A stretch of DNA of 64,000 bases from Eledone cirrhosa. Its lineage: Eukaryota. The position numbers and the translations under genes are program-made. The notes below the pieces were generated by a model. It ran no database searches and had not been told where the DNA came from. It saw only the letters and a list, made by a program, of their open reading frames with translations. This document shows positions 1-12,231 of the stretch, in pieces (the stretch's first letter is position 1; the number at the start of each line of letters is the position of its first letter). The DNA lies in the NCBI GenBank assembly GCA_964016885.1, contig OZ024742.1, positions 19,778,001 to 19,842,000 of the forward strand, given 5' to 3'.

Positions 1-475
1 ATAGTAAGGAACAAACCACCAACTTCTTTCAAAAACGAAACAGAGGCGGTTTTCCTCTGTATAGTGGCTATGGTGAAAGAGGTTATATGGTGGACGAGAT
101 TGAGAGGACTGAGGACAGATGCCTTTCTCTCCGGACAACAACTCATTCCTGTCTTTAGATACCACTTTAGAAGGAGAATCAGAATGGAGAGAGAGGCACT
201 GCACTCCAGTAAATTTACAGAAAAGTGGGTGAATGTGGCAAAAATGGCCTGTAGGTTAAAGAAGAGAGCAAAAGGAAGAAAGGGGCACTTGCACAACACG
301 CTCCTGGAGTTGAGGGTTGTTCTATCGACGGGGTATTAAACAATCCATTTGTGGAGGGGATTTCGACCGTTATAATTGTTTGTTTTATATATTTTTACAC
401 GATTGTATGTAAAATCCCCGGCATGTCTTTATTTTGTTCCCTTTTCTTGTGCGCCCTTGTGGCTAATAAAGAAAT
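1..475 (+). mobile_element. 3' end of a Tx1/L1-clade non-LTR retrotransposon (ORF2 C-terminus + 3' UTR)
   Basis: ORF 64..339 begins MVKEVIWWTRLRGLRTDAFLSGQQL, matching the ORF2 ends at 8385-8599 and 45398-45613. It ends GTGGCTAATAAAGAAAT and runs into a (TATC)n tract, like the other copies. Confidence 0.93.
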
Positions 476-630
476 ATATCTATCTATATATCTATGTATG
501 TATCTATCTATCTATCTATCTATCTATATGTCTGTCTGTCTATCTGTATATCTATATGTTGGCCTATCTATCTATCACAAACACATAAACACATATACAC
601 ACATATATATATATACACACATGTATAATA

Positions 631-1334
631 CTAGCTGAGGTACCCGGCTTCGTCCGGTAGAATAGTTATGAGAAGACGAATAAAGAGAAAACGACAGTAT
701 TGGATGTGTTGTCTGGTATGAGGTGAGACAGTAATGTGTTAAGTGTGTGAGTGTGTGAGGGAGACATAAAGAAAAACAATAATAAAACTTCCTTATTTGG
801 CTTGGAGGAGTAAACTGCCGATTAAATGGTAGCATTGGCCTTGGATTTTAAATATGAAATAACCATAGTCAGTGTGATATTTTCAGTTCCAAAGGACTTC
901 ATCTGAAACACAGCAATATTCCACATAACATTGCTTCTGAAGTGTTTAGCTCCGTTAGTACAATCTGTAAGTAGTATATGGATAAAAGCTGGAGCGTAGA
1001 TTAATTTCAAATAGTATCCTTTTTTCTTTGTTCTGTAAAATCAAAGACTAAAACTACTTCATAAAAGCTAACGTAATATTGTTAAACCTTCAATTGATAC
1101 TTTGATCTATATTTTAAGCCACTTTTAGACTTTTGTGGGACGTCTCTCTCTCTCTCTCCCTGAATATTTAGCACTTTAATTGTATGTATCACTCTCTTTA
1201 TAACGGCCTATCTCTCTTTCTTCCTCTCCCTCTGTGTCTCTCTCTCTTTAAATGTATGTATGTGGCGGGGGGGGGGTAGTTTTTATGTGATTCAACCAAC
1301 CAATAAACCTCTCTCTTTTATATTATAATATAGA
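631..1334 (-). mobile_element. Non-autonomous Helitron remnant
   Basis: On the minus strand it starts TC (1334) and ends CTAG (631), inserted between A and T. A subterminal hairpin CCGGACGAAGCCGG lies about 10 nt from the 3' end, and a Rep-like fragment is internal. Confidence 0.72.
822..1010 (-). pseudogene. Degenerate Helitron Rep/helicase N-terminal fragment
   Basis: The peptide KHFRSNVMWNIAVFQMKSFG resembles the conserved Helitron HFxxNIRxYNxxFQMTSFG motif. It lies inside the TC...CTAG element. Confidence 0.65.
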
Positions 1335-1744
1335 TATACACACATATACACATACTCATATACACATACACTCACACATATACACACAGTCACACAGACA
1401 CAGAGACACATGAGGAAGATGTGAACATTAAAATAAAGAGCAACCTCTTGAACTCGTGACTCTTAACTCACGGTATATTGTGAAGGTCGGGACAACCACG
1501 AAATAACATCTGAGTAGAATAGAAGGTGAAGCACGTGATTGAATATGTCGATATATCACGTATCGATATGTGACAAAAACATGTTGCTATATCACTTATC
1601 AATATGTGGAAGAAAATGTCGATATATCTCTCAATATATCTGTCGAAGACTAATCACGTGATCAGCTGATGCTGCAAAATGTCAATATTTTTATTTCTCC
1701 AATCTAACATGTTTTATTTTTATTTTTCTAAAACAACGATACGT

Positions 1745-1749
<5 letters not shown>

Positions 1750-1789
<40 letters not shown>

Positions 1790-1809
1790 GTGTCTGTGTG
1801 TGTCTGTGT

Positions 1810-1851
<42 letters not shown>

Positions 1852-1908
1852 GTGTCTGTGTGTGTCTGTGTGTGTCTGTGTGTGTCTGTCTGTGTGTGTG
1901 TGTATGTG
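1750..1908. repeat. (TG)n/(TGTC)n microsatellite
   Basis: Seen directly. Confidence 0.95.
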
Positions 1909-2913
1909 GAGCGAGAGCCCCCTAGTCTTCATTAAGACTAATATCTAGGAGAAGGTCACTCTGATATAAAACCTGTGACTTAATTTACACCCAATGATGT
2001 AGACCAGTCCTACGTTTTGTGGCAAATACCTTCGATGTTCAGAGAGTGGGATTGGCCCCATGCAAAGCTTTTCCTCACTTAAAAAAGCTTCAAGCACAAA
2101 CATCGCTTGCTATGTGACATTTTTGCGATGCATGGTACTGCTGGCCATAAGCAAGTCCCTAGCAGGACTAAAAAGCCACGTCAGTGATGTTCATGGTTAA
2201 GTATCAAGCCATGGCATTACTATATATATAAACTTTCAAACAAATTAACAAAGAGGACAACGAACAGAAACAAGGCAAAACGTAAAACAATATTTTTTAA
2301 GGTGGAACCTTAAAAAATTATTTAAAAAAAACAAACTTACAAACGAAGGACACAGAACTCCAAGGTCATCGGCCGTTTAGATGAACTTTGGCAGTTTCGA
2401 CCCCTACTAACTGTACTGCTGATTCACCCGGGGTCACAGTGTCTGACATAAGCTAAACGCTATTTTATGTGACCTCAGGGGAACATTTTTGGTGACTCTT
2501 ATAGCACGGGAGTCATAGACGAAAGAGAGGGAGATGAGTGGGTGGCGGGGGAGAGAGAGGGAAAAGAGGGGGAAGAGAGAGAAGGAAAGAGAGTGTGAGC
2601 AAAGAGAGGCGGGGGAAGAGAGAGGCAGAGAGAGGGAAAAGATATAAAAGGAAGAGAGAGGGGGGGGAGAAAGCGAAGAGAACGAGAGAGAGAGAGAGAG
2701 AGAGATTATTTCAATTTCCAGCCTTCAGTAAGTTTGTTAAACTAAGTGACATTCATCAGTTTCGCGTGTTTCGTGTCACCTGGGACATGGTCTGTGATTG
2801 GATTATAATGGATGGTGGGTGGGGGATTCTAGCTCTCTCTCTCTCTATCTATCTCTCTATCTGTGTGTATCTGTTTGTCAGTGTGTGTGTAGGCTTGTAT
2901 CTATATGTCTTTG

Positions 2914-2944
<31 letters not shown>

Positions 2945-3386
2945 AGCTGTGTGGGCGTAGGCTTGAATCTGAACGTCTTTGTATATATATGTAACTATGT
3001 ATATGTGTGTGTGTCTATATTTATATGTGTGTGTCTATATGTAACTGTATATATGTGTATGTGTCTATAAATTTATATGTGTGTCTATATGTAACTGTAT
3101 ATATCTGTGTGTCTGTGTCTATATGTATCACGTGTGTGTGTCTATATGTATCACGTGTGTGTGTCTATATGTAACTATATATATCTGTGTGTATATATCT
3201 ATCTGTCTGTGTGTCTGAGGATAGTAGACGTGTTTCGTATCGCTCTGTGATTTTTACCTGCTATTTTTGTGAGTGGATTTTTTTGAATTCTTTTGTATAA
3301 TTAACTGTAACCCCTAATCTGGGACTCTAGACGTCGGGTAAATATATTTTCACCCCTTTTGGGGTGAAAAAATAAATATTTCAGAA

Positions 3387-5237
3387 ATGTTTATCGATAT
3401 CGTTGATAACGATATCGTCGAAAACGATATCGCCATATTGGAAGCGAACGCCACGCCGACCAAAAAAACAAGCGGGAAAGAGGGAACAACAGTTCAAACT
3501 GTTGAACAACTCCTCCTCTCCAATGAAAAAAAGAATTTCAATTCAAATGAAAAAATTAATTTTCAAGAAAAAAATAACACCACAAATAAGGAAACCAACA
3601 ACATTACAACAACAAACAAAGACAAAATTTCTTTTACCCAAACACTCAGGAGAGCCACGGAATACAAAGCCATTGACATCACGAACGCCAAGGAAAATTT
3701 TCTAGAGGCTAGAAAATACGTATCTTTTGGGGAGGATGGTTCTTTTACGATCAACTCCCCAGAAGAAGTGCGTCAACAGATTTACAAGAATACCGTAAGC
3801 TACAGAACCATAACCAACGAAACGAGAAAGCCAGCGCAATTGACCGAAAGTCAAATCGAGCTGGTTCTGAAAGAAATTAAAAATGACATACTCTTTATTC
3901 AAAGAGGAAAGCTGTATGCCAGCATTATGGTCCGAATGAAGGACGAAATGCTGGCTCAGAAATATTCGGTGGCACCTATAGTGTCACCACAATACACCTT
4001 CTTCCCCACATATAAAGGAAGAAGAACACAAAGGATAAGAATGTGGAGCCCTACGCCAGAAATTAACATCTGGTCCGTCCTAACAGGATTTACCGACCTA
4101 GATAAGGACATGCTCATTTCAGCAGGGGAGTCCACCAGTGGACTGTTCGGGGGGAAAAGTCTGGAGGTTCTCTTACAGATGACACCTGAGAGAATCTCCG
4201 GAATACCCGACCGAGTGCTACTGGATGGGCGAACCTACATAAATATCACAGTGGAAGGCAGGAGACCCTCATGTTACCACTGCGCTGGCAGAGGTGACCT
4301 GAGGACGGCCTGCCCTCTACTAACAACAAAAAAACCACTGCTACAAACACCACAACAACAACAAAAACAACCAGCACCACCATCACAAAAAAAACAAAAT
4401 ACACTACCATCACCACCAGAACGACAACAAAAACCAACACCACCACCACCACCACAACAACAACAACAACAACAACACCAACAACAGCTCAAGAAAACAA
4501 CCCAAAACACGGTCCCACCCAGCCCCACACCACAGAACACAAATACAAAAACACACGCAGTTCATACACAACCCGGAGATATACCCCTCCCCTCCAATAC
4601 GGAAGAAGAGCTCATATCGTCGGAAGACGAGGGGGCTCCCTTCCAAGAAGTGAAAAGGAAAAAACGCACACACACCACACAAACAAAAATAACCCCACCT
4701 GACAACACAACACAGACAATAAAACGCAAACTCACTCAACAACAACAAGCAAAAACAAACACAACACCACAAAAACTCTACATAAACAAAAACAATAAAA
4801 ACCTAACTGAAAAAATAGAAAACAACCCTTCGATACAAACCGAAGGGCCGAATTTCGTAACGGCAATGGGGCTCCCTAACCTGAAAATGGTGAAAATCCC
4901 ACTTGACATTTTCAAAACTTTGAAAGACATTTACCCTGAGGACGTGGGCCCACCCTGCACCAGGCCACTCAACCGCGTCATCCTGAAAGGTTTTCCCCTC
5001 CCCTCCTCAAACACCCACACAACTCCAAAGATCCCAACCCCTCCACACACTAATACCCCCACACCACCACAAACCACCACCCACCCATCAACCCCTCCAC
5101 CAGCCCCATGGAAACTGAGCGACCCGAACCCCGGGACGCAGAGAGGTAAGTGCCTCTTTCTTTGCCACCAACATGGCTGTCTTAAGAGTAGGTTGTCTAA
5201 ATGCGCGTGGCCTGGGCTCACCTTGGAAGCAAGCTAA
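3387..5237 (+). CDS. Tx1 ORF1 (nucleic-acid-binding protein with degenerate zinc knuckle and Q/P/T-rich tail)
   Basis: 616-aa ORF containing CYHCAGRGDLRTAC (CCHC with H to D). It is homologous to the broken ORF1 at 40367-42141. The ancestral stop is probably TAA 5147-5149 in another frame. Confidence 0.85.
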   Translation: MFIDIVDNDIVENDIAILEANATPTKKTSGKEGTTVQTVEQLLLSNEKKNFNSNEKINFQEKNNTTNKETNNITTTNKDKISFTQTLRRATEYKAIDITNAKENFLEARKYVSFGEDGSFTINSPEEVRQQIYKNTVSYRTITNETRKPAQLTESQIELVLKEIKNDILFIQRGKLYASIMVRMKDEMLAQKYSVAPIVSPQYTFFPTYKGRRTQRIRMWSPTPEINIWSVLTGFTDLDKDMLISAGESTSGLFGGKSLEVLLQMTPERISGIPDRVLLDGRTYINITVEGRRPSCYHCAGRGDLRTACPLLTTKKPLLQTPQQQQKQPAPPSQKKQNTLPSPPERQQKPTPPPPPQQQQQQQHQQQLKKTTQNTVPPSPTPQNTNTKTHAVHTQPGDIPLPSNTEEELISSEDEGAPFQEVKRKKRTHTTQTKITPPDNTTQTIKRKLTQQQQAKTNTTPQKLYINKNNKNLTEKIENNPSIQTEGPNFVTAMGLPNLKMVKIPLDIFKTLKDIYPEDVGPPCTRPLNRVILKGFPLPSSNTHTTPKIPTPPHTNTPTPPQTTTHPSTPPPAPWKLSDPNPGTQRGKCLFLCHQHGCLKSRLSKCAWPGLTLEAS

Positions 5238-6069
5238 ACTTCTAAGTGACCTCAGGTCACAATGTGTAAATGTGATGGTTATTTGCGAGGCCCGGATCAG
5301 CAGCATGCGACAGCTAACCCCCACCTTTGATGACTTTGAGATGCACGCATCTCTCTGTCAGCCCGGAGGTGGGGGTGGGGTTGTCGTTCTGCTGCAAAAA
5401 CATCTGGGTCTCGCTACACAGACGGTACACTTGGACCCGGAGGGTCGACTCGTGGTTCTGGACCCTGGCAATGGCGAAGGCGAAGCTTTTAGGCTTGTCG
5501 CCGTATACGCCCCTTTTGGGGCAATGCGGTCGGACTTCTTCCATCGTCTGGAGACTTTTCTAGGGACGTCCCGCTCCTTGCTTTTAGTGGGGGACTGGAA
5601 TGGTATCCTAAATGCACGTTGGTACTATGTAGGGGCATGTCCCGATAGAGGGGGGTGCAACAGCCTTAAGGGGTTAATCGGCCGATTTGACCTGGCCGAT
5701 AGATACCGACTAGATTTTCCAACTGTACCAACCTGGACCTGGTCAAATAACAGTGGTCAATCTAGATCGTACCTAGATAGGTTCTTAGTTAGAATTAAGG
5801 ATAGGGACTTTTTAAGTTGTCCAGAAATGCTCATGGTGGGCTATTCAGACCACAAGTTAGTGACCTGCGTAGTCCACCTTGATAGAACGCATAGGCAGGG
5901 GCCCGGTTACTGGAAGCTCAACTTGTCCTTACCGGCAAGTAGAGCTTACAGGGACCGGATTAGAACCTTAGTTAAGGAGCGGTTGACGGGCGCCATCGTC
6001 AACAACAGGTGGTGGGGCTCTCTAAAAAGAGAGATTAGAGTAGTTTCAATAGGAGTTAGCCTCAGATAG
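5173..6069 (+). pseudogene. Tx1 ORF2, apurinic-like endonuclease part (frameshifted from the RT part)
   Basis: Motifs LNARGL, ICEAR, VYAP, GDWN, SYLDRF, YSDHK and GYWKLN. A deletion of about 10 nt near 6055 relative to copy B breaks the frame. Confidence 0.92.
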
Positions 6070-6088
6070 AAATAGGAAGGAAAGGGAG

Positions 6089-8599
6089 TTGGTAGTTAAT
6101 GTTGAAGAGGCAATGAGAAGCGGCAACGTGGCCAGAGTGCAAGCGTCGAGAACGGTCTTGAACCAGTTCTTCGACGCGAAACACGAAGGCTGCGTTGTCC
6201 GAAGCAAAATACGTGCTCTGGGAAACGAGGGGACCAAAGCTGTTAGCTGGGCCCGCGTGACAGAAGCGAAAAGTGGGATTAAATCCACTATCCGGTCTTT
6301 GCGAGACCAGGATGGACGGCTGATCCTTGAACCTAAGCAAATGTGGGAGGCCTTTCAAAGGCACTTTGCCCAATTGTTCGGGAGGGGCGGGGGGCCGGTT
6401 GCAGATGTGGCTTTCGGTCCATACCTCGACGGCCTGCCGCGTCTTTCGGACAGGGAGGCGAGGTCCTGCGACGGGCCGATCTCAGCAGCTGAAATAGGGG
6501 ACGTGCTGAGCCTATGCGGCAAACGCAAATCTCCAGGACTCGATGGTCTGCCCTACGAACTATATATTAATATGCCGGACTTGTTCCCCGATCTCCTCGA
6601 GGCGGTCTACTGCAACTGGCAACAGAACGGGAAAATTCACTGTTCTGTGACCAAGGGCGTAGTCTCGCTAGTGAGGAAGGACGAGAACAAGGGGGATGAC
6701 ATTAGTAATTTTAGGCCCATAACGCTGCTAAATGCAGAGTTAAAGATTTTGGCGAAGGTGTTAGCGAAGAGGTTGGCGCTTGTCGTGGGGGGCCTGGTGG
6801 GAGATGCGCAGACATGCGCTATCCCGTCCAGGTCCATCCACGACAACCTCCACCTCATGCGATACATCATAGAGAGGGTTGGGAACGAACCCGGCTTTGG
6901 TGGGGCCCTGATAAATTTAGATCAGTCTAAAGCGTTCGATAGGGTGGACCATGGTTACCTGGATGCGGTGCTAGCGGCGGCTGGGTTCGGACCCGTTTTC
7001 AGGGGCTGGATCACTGCCATGCACAGCAGCCGCATCTGCTCTAGAGTCAAGGTGAACGGCTACCTTTCGGAGCCGTTCGAAATCACCCGCTCCATCCGAC
7101 AGGGGTGCCCTCTCTCCTCCCTTCTGTATGTACTGGCTCTCGAGCCATTACTGCGGAAGTTGGAGTTGTTGCAGGGCATCCCTTTGGAACCGGGCTTGCG
7201 CAAAGCGGTGTCGGCCTACGCCGATGACGTAACAGTAATGGTGTCGACCGCCTCGGAAATCGAAGCAATCGGCACCTTACTAGAGGAGTACGAAAGGTTG
7301 ACAGGGGCTAAGCTGAACCGGGACAAGTCAGTCGCTTTGCAACTCGGCGAGTGGAGGGGCAAAGCGATGTCGTGCGACGGTATCGTCGGACGGTGGACGG
7401 AGGGCCCGGTGAAGTTGCTTGGGGTCTGGTTCGGACCGGACCTCCAGGTGGAGAAAAACTGGGGTGAGGTGACGAATAGGGTGTTTGCACTGACCCAGAA
7501 GTGGGCCGAGTGCAAACTATCCCTAAAAGGTCGGGCGGAGGTGGCGAACGCTTACATAGCGTCCGTCATCTATTACCGCTTGACTGTCGTGCCTTGCCCG
7601 GGTGAGATCCTCGCCAAAATGGAGCGCGCCCTCTTTTATTTCCTTTGGAAGAAGAGGTCTCCTCTGGTAAGGAGATCCATCTGCTGTCAACACCCTTTGA
7701 AAGGAGGGCTGGGGATGCCGTGGCTAAAAATGCGTAAACACGCATTGAGGCTAAGGCACCTCCACGTATTCCTCACCGGTCAACCGGTGTGGGCCCCGTT
7801 TGTGAGGCGAGCCTTCCCGAGGCTCGTCTCGCTCACCGAGCTGCAGTCCTGGGTGAAGCAAAGACCGAGAAAACTGGGCGACTGGCACACCGAGTGTGCC
7901 CAGACGCTCACGGCTCTCTGGCAGGCCGACCCGGCTATCGACGGAGACTCCACCTCGTCATTCTATAGAGGGCTGGTGGTTAGCGGGTGCGACCACGCCC
8001 TCGGAGAAGCCCTAGGCATGGAGGAGGACGAACTGGCCAGTCTATTCGGTAGGACTTTCGGCCCGGGACCTATGGACAACTTCCAGAAGTCCTTGGCCTG
8101 GCAGTGCTACCGAGGGGCTCTGCCCGTTCGGGATAAGCTCTACAGACACGGGCGCCCGGGTAGGGACCCCTCGAAAAAGATCTGTCCCAGATGCGTGCGC
8201 GACGAGGAAACCGTCGCGCACGCATTGGTGCACTGCCCGGGCGTTGCCGATCTGTGGGGCTATGTCGAACAACTGCTGTCACGGGTGGGACCAATTAGGT
8301 TGACCACCGAGTCCATAGTAACGATCAAGCCGCCTGCCCCCTTCAAAAATGAAGGAGAGGCGGTCTTCCTCTGTGTAATAGCCATGGTAAAAGAGGCTAT
8401 ATGGTGGACGCGTCTGAAAGGGCTGAGGTCGGACACCTTTCTTTCCGGCCAACAACTGGTCCTTTTCTTCCGATACCATTTCGGAAGAAGGATCAGGATG
8501 GAGAGAGAGGTGCTCCACTCCAGCAAGTTTTATGAAAGGTGGGTGAAAGTTGCGAGAATGGCCCGTGTGAATGGGCCTTCTCTCTACCTCAGCCTGTAG
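6089..8599 (+). pseudogene. Tx1 ORF2, reverse transcriptase + C-terminal CCHC part
   Basis: Motifs KSPGLDGLP, NFRPITLLN, LDQSKAFDRV, RQGCPLS, AYADD, GGLG and CPRC-x8-HALVHC. Confidence 0.95.
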
Positions 8600-9269
8600 G
8601 TGGAACAGAAAGAAGGGAGCACCCTCTCTTTGTGCTCCCGTGGAGAAGGGTCGCACACTTTTTTTCGGGGGTGTGTGTGACCCCAAAACGATCCCTCCCT
8701 ATTGAGGACCTTCTTGTTATTATTTTGTTTGTTATATTTTTCTTACTCGATTTTTATGTAAACTCCCCCACCCATGTACATGTCCCTTTCTTTTGTGCCC
8801 TAGTGGCAAATAAACAGAAATCTGTCTGTGTGTCTGTCTGTGTGTCTGTCTGTGTGTCTGTCTGTGTGTCTGTCTCTGTATCTGTCAGTCAACGTCTATT
8901 ATAACCCTATATAATTATCTTGTAAGTATTATTTCCTATTTTACCAAAGTTATGCCATATTTACCTGCTTCACAAGAGATGAAGAAACAGCTGTCTTATA
9001 TGATGCAATACAATAGCAGAAACTCAAGCGATGTTTTAAATGTTTTACTAATTGACACTGGGGCATTTTATTTCAAAGGACTTTTATTGAAAATATTCTT
9101 TTTCTCCCAACAAGACCGGAATTTTCACTTCCTGAGGCCCTAGGCTATATGAGGAGTTGAAGCCGTGGGCTATATGACAGTTGAGTAGATTCTATAAAAA
9201 ATATATAATTATTATTTTGTATATTAATGTCAATGATGACGAATAAACCGACTATTGAAATAAGTTTAT

Positions 9270-9362
9270 TCCATTCTGACGAAGGTGTTTTGTTTATGGG
9301 TTTGACTGTTGTTCAAATAGACACATTTATTTCACAATACACTAGAAACCATTGTAAGATTG
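9270..9362 (+). ncRNA. Degenerate hammerhead-like motif (pLTR remnant)
   Basis: CTGACGA, long stem II (GGTGT...ACACT), GAAA-C-CATT-G-TA. Helix I pairs poorly. Confidence 0.35.
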
Positions 9363-9418
9363 TAAGTGATTAAACAGCTTTGAATGAAGGTTGGGTAATT
9401 TTCTTCAAATACTTTTGA

Positions 9419-9450
<32 letters not shown>

Positions 9451-9453
<3 letters not shown>

Positions 9454-9559
9454 CACTGGAAGGTTATATCCGTAGAGGTAGAGCACTCAGTCCATGGGAC
9501 GAGTTTGGTAGAAGTAGTAACACAACAGTTAATTCACCATACCGAGAACAATTGTTTCA
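9451..9559 (-). mobile_element. 3' fragment of the hammerhead element family seen at 57884-58686
   Basis: Its reverse complement aligns with 58571-58680 (TGAAACAATTGTTCTCGG...TGAGTGCTCTACC). It is truncated exactly at the hammerhead GAAA. Confidence 0.8.
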
Positions 9560-9606
9560 GCTACAGGTGAAATAATTCTTCTAACTAACTATTGTGTTAC
9601 TACTTA

Positions 9607-9663
<57 letters not shown>

Positions 9664-9705
9664 ACATATACATATATACATATATATATAAATATACATA
9701 TACAT

Positions 9706-9737
<32 letters not shown>

Positions 9738-10046
9738 ACATATATGTGTGTGTGTATGTGTGTATATATACGCTGGTTGATGAAACATCAAGTAAAACAG
9801 CGCTTGATCAGTTGGAAGAGAACTTATTTAGTATACACAGAGTTAAGTTTCATACACATAGCATGTACGTGTTACCATTGGTTTCGATATTCAAAATATA
9901 TATATATTTTTTCATATTTTCGCCCACATGCCTGAAATGACGGGCCATTTTAAAGGTGCCTCCTCCAGTGGTGGTCATAACTGGACCCAGAAACCATATT
10001 GGTGACTGACGCGAATAAAACCACTGAAACTGAGACTGCAATATAA

Positions 10047-10418
10047 TAATTGTTTCTACTTTTGCAATTACTCAGTACATTACTGGTACTTCATTTCATC
10101 AACTCCGTAAGGATGAAAGGCAAAGTTAACCTCGGCGGGATTTGAATTCAGACCGTAAAGGGATGTAACTATGCTAGAAAACATGGCGTCCAACCCTCTA
10201 CCGATACTGCCAATCCACCGCCCATAATATAATAATTGTTTCTACTTTTGGCACAGGGCCAGCAATTATCCAGTACATTACTGGTACTTTATTTTATCGA
10301 CCCCGTAAGGATGAAAGGCAAAGTTAACTTCAGCGGATTTGAACTCAGAATGGCAAGGGCCGTAACTCTATGTGTCAAAGCATGGCGTCCGACCCTCTAC
10401 CGATACTGCCAATCCACC
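10047..10418 (-). mobile_element. Two tandem tRNA-derived SINEs (type 1, Nin/Deu-like central domain)
   Basis: Minus strand shows A box TGGCAGTATCGG, B box GA(G/A)TTCAAATCC and the central GCCTTTCATCCTTACGGGGTCGATAAAATAAAGTACCAG domain. Confidence 0.9.
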
Positions 10419-10821
10419 AATAATACTGTATCTTTTTCAGTTCCCTGGTCTGTTGAAGTCGAACAAGGATTGATTATCTTTCTTCCACATTTTATACAAA
10501 TATACAAATATACTGCCATATTTTCGTTTCTAGGAAAGAATGTTGCCGTAAAATACAGGATCGAAACATATTCCTCTCATATCCTTTTATATCCGGTCAT
10601 TTATTTAGAAGGTCATCATTTTCAACAGATACAGCTTTGTTTGTTTCTAAATTTGTAAGTTTTGACAGGCATAGGTCTTATTACTTTTTCTTTAAATTTA
10701 AAGTCCTACTTTAATATTCTTATGAACTTTCGTTTGAATGATACGGTGTGTGATTATTATCGTCGTCGTCGTCGTCGTCGTCATCATCATCATCATCATC
10801 ATCATCATCAGTTAATCCGAA

Positions 10822-10980
10822 TTTTTACATTCTGTGTTCAAATCCCGCCGAGGTAAGCTTTGTCCTTCATCCTAACGGGGTCGATAAAATAAAGTACCAG
10901 TAATGTACTGGATCGATTTAGTCGATTTCCCTTCCCCAAAAATTGTTGACTGTGTACCTAAATCAGAAACCTTTATTATC
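10822..10980 (+). mobile_element. Type 1 SINE, diverged and 5'-truncated
   Basis: GTTCAAATCCCGCCGAGG...GGGGTCGATAAAATAAAGTACCAG. Confidence 0.8.
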
Positions 10981-12231
10981 ATTATTAGACGGTGAAGCTT
11001 CTTGGAGTATAACTCTCAGTTTCACGTTACCGATAATTCACACGATTTCAGAAGGGAAATACATTCATATTTTGTCGTTTGAGGACACACACAAGTGTGC
11101 GTGTGTGTATGTCTGTGTGAGTGAGTGTACGAGTGTGTGAGTGTGTACGCATGTGTGTAATACATGAAAGAAGGTTATATACTAATACGATTTTTCTTTA
11201 AACAAATAAATTCCACGCAGCATCCAGTATTTGTTGATGGTTCTTTCTATCGACGTTTTTTTTTTAATCAGATATCGGGTGGGAACAATTACTGAGGCCT
11301 CTCCAAATAAGGTTGTTCGATTAAGTTGTTTTTTTTATTCAACCTAAAACCTTTATATAAAACTTGATTAAATCAACATTTTATTTTTCATTTGCCAAAA
11401 ACTAAAAAAAAAAACTGATGTTAACGACATCAACATCTGTTACCCAACTTTTACTAAAAACAATTTTACTAATTCCCCATATTCAACTCTTTTGCATGAA
11501 AACCACATACAGACCTTTTATTTTTCGTCCCAGAGCGGTAAGAACAACAAGGTTATTAGAATAATTAAGAGAGATATAATAAAATGCTAATATTATGCCA
11601 ATAGGTGTTAAATTTCCAATAATTTCCATATATGTAAACTTGAAATTGCTGAGGTTAAAATCGGCCATATTTGTTTCCATTATGTCTTTTTTTTTCTATG
11701 TGTTTATTCGTTTCAGCGACAATCTGTTAATACTGGTGGTGTTTTCTTTCATAGAACAGCTACTTGCGTCTGTGTGTCGACTTGAAAAGAACAAGTATAA
11801 TTAAAACTAATTAGATTCGGTCGATATTCTTAACAAGGATAAGAATATTCATCAAAGATTAAGAAAATATGAAAATCTAATTATTGAGAGATTTGAGGAA
11901 GTTTGTGATACCTTGTTTTGCAGAGTAACCACAGGTGTTGCCATAACAGGATTAGTAGGAGTCAGAGCTTGCTTTGTGAAGGTCACCGAGAAAATAGCGG
12001 TTGGGAAATCGATTTATTTTAAGAAAAACCATAGCTGAAATCGATATTTTTCTTTTCGTTTTACGTCTTTTGTTTGTGTGATATATCAGACACATTGGTA
12101 GAATATCTAATCTAGTTTTAATTCATGATTTCCAATTTTGGAGGGACTCAAGGCCTGCAATGTTAGAGTGGAAAGTCGATTAAATTGACTCCAGTAATAT
12201 ACTGGTACTGTATTTTATTTATTTATCAACA

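Larger units (their letters stand above)
3218..8819 (+). mobile_element. Full-length Tx1-clade non-LTR retrotransposon, copy A
   Basis: It has a 5' UTR, ORF1, ORF2 (APE-RT-CCHC) and a 3' UTR with AATAAA. The flanking duplication ATCTGTCTGTGTGTCTG (3201-3217 and 8820-8836) lies within a microsatellite. Confidence 0.95.

Noticed and set aside
5147-5237. ORF1/ORF2 overlap in copy A as a programmed feature
   Set aside because: Comparison with copy B indicates an upstream frameshift mutation. The ancestral stop is TAA 5147-5149.
6637-7515. Antisense ORFs shared by both Tx1 copies
   Set aside because: They are shadow frames of the conserved, GC-rich RT coding strand.
10441-10654. Candidate host exon (TCTTTTTCAG...GTAAGT, one frame open)
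   Set aside because: The peptide is not recognisable and no partner exons were found. RNA-seq would be needed.
11718-12038. Acceptor-like site and short open stretch (DSVDILNKDKNIHQRLRKYE...)
   Set aside because: No recognisable domain, start codon or donor site.
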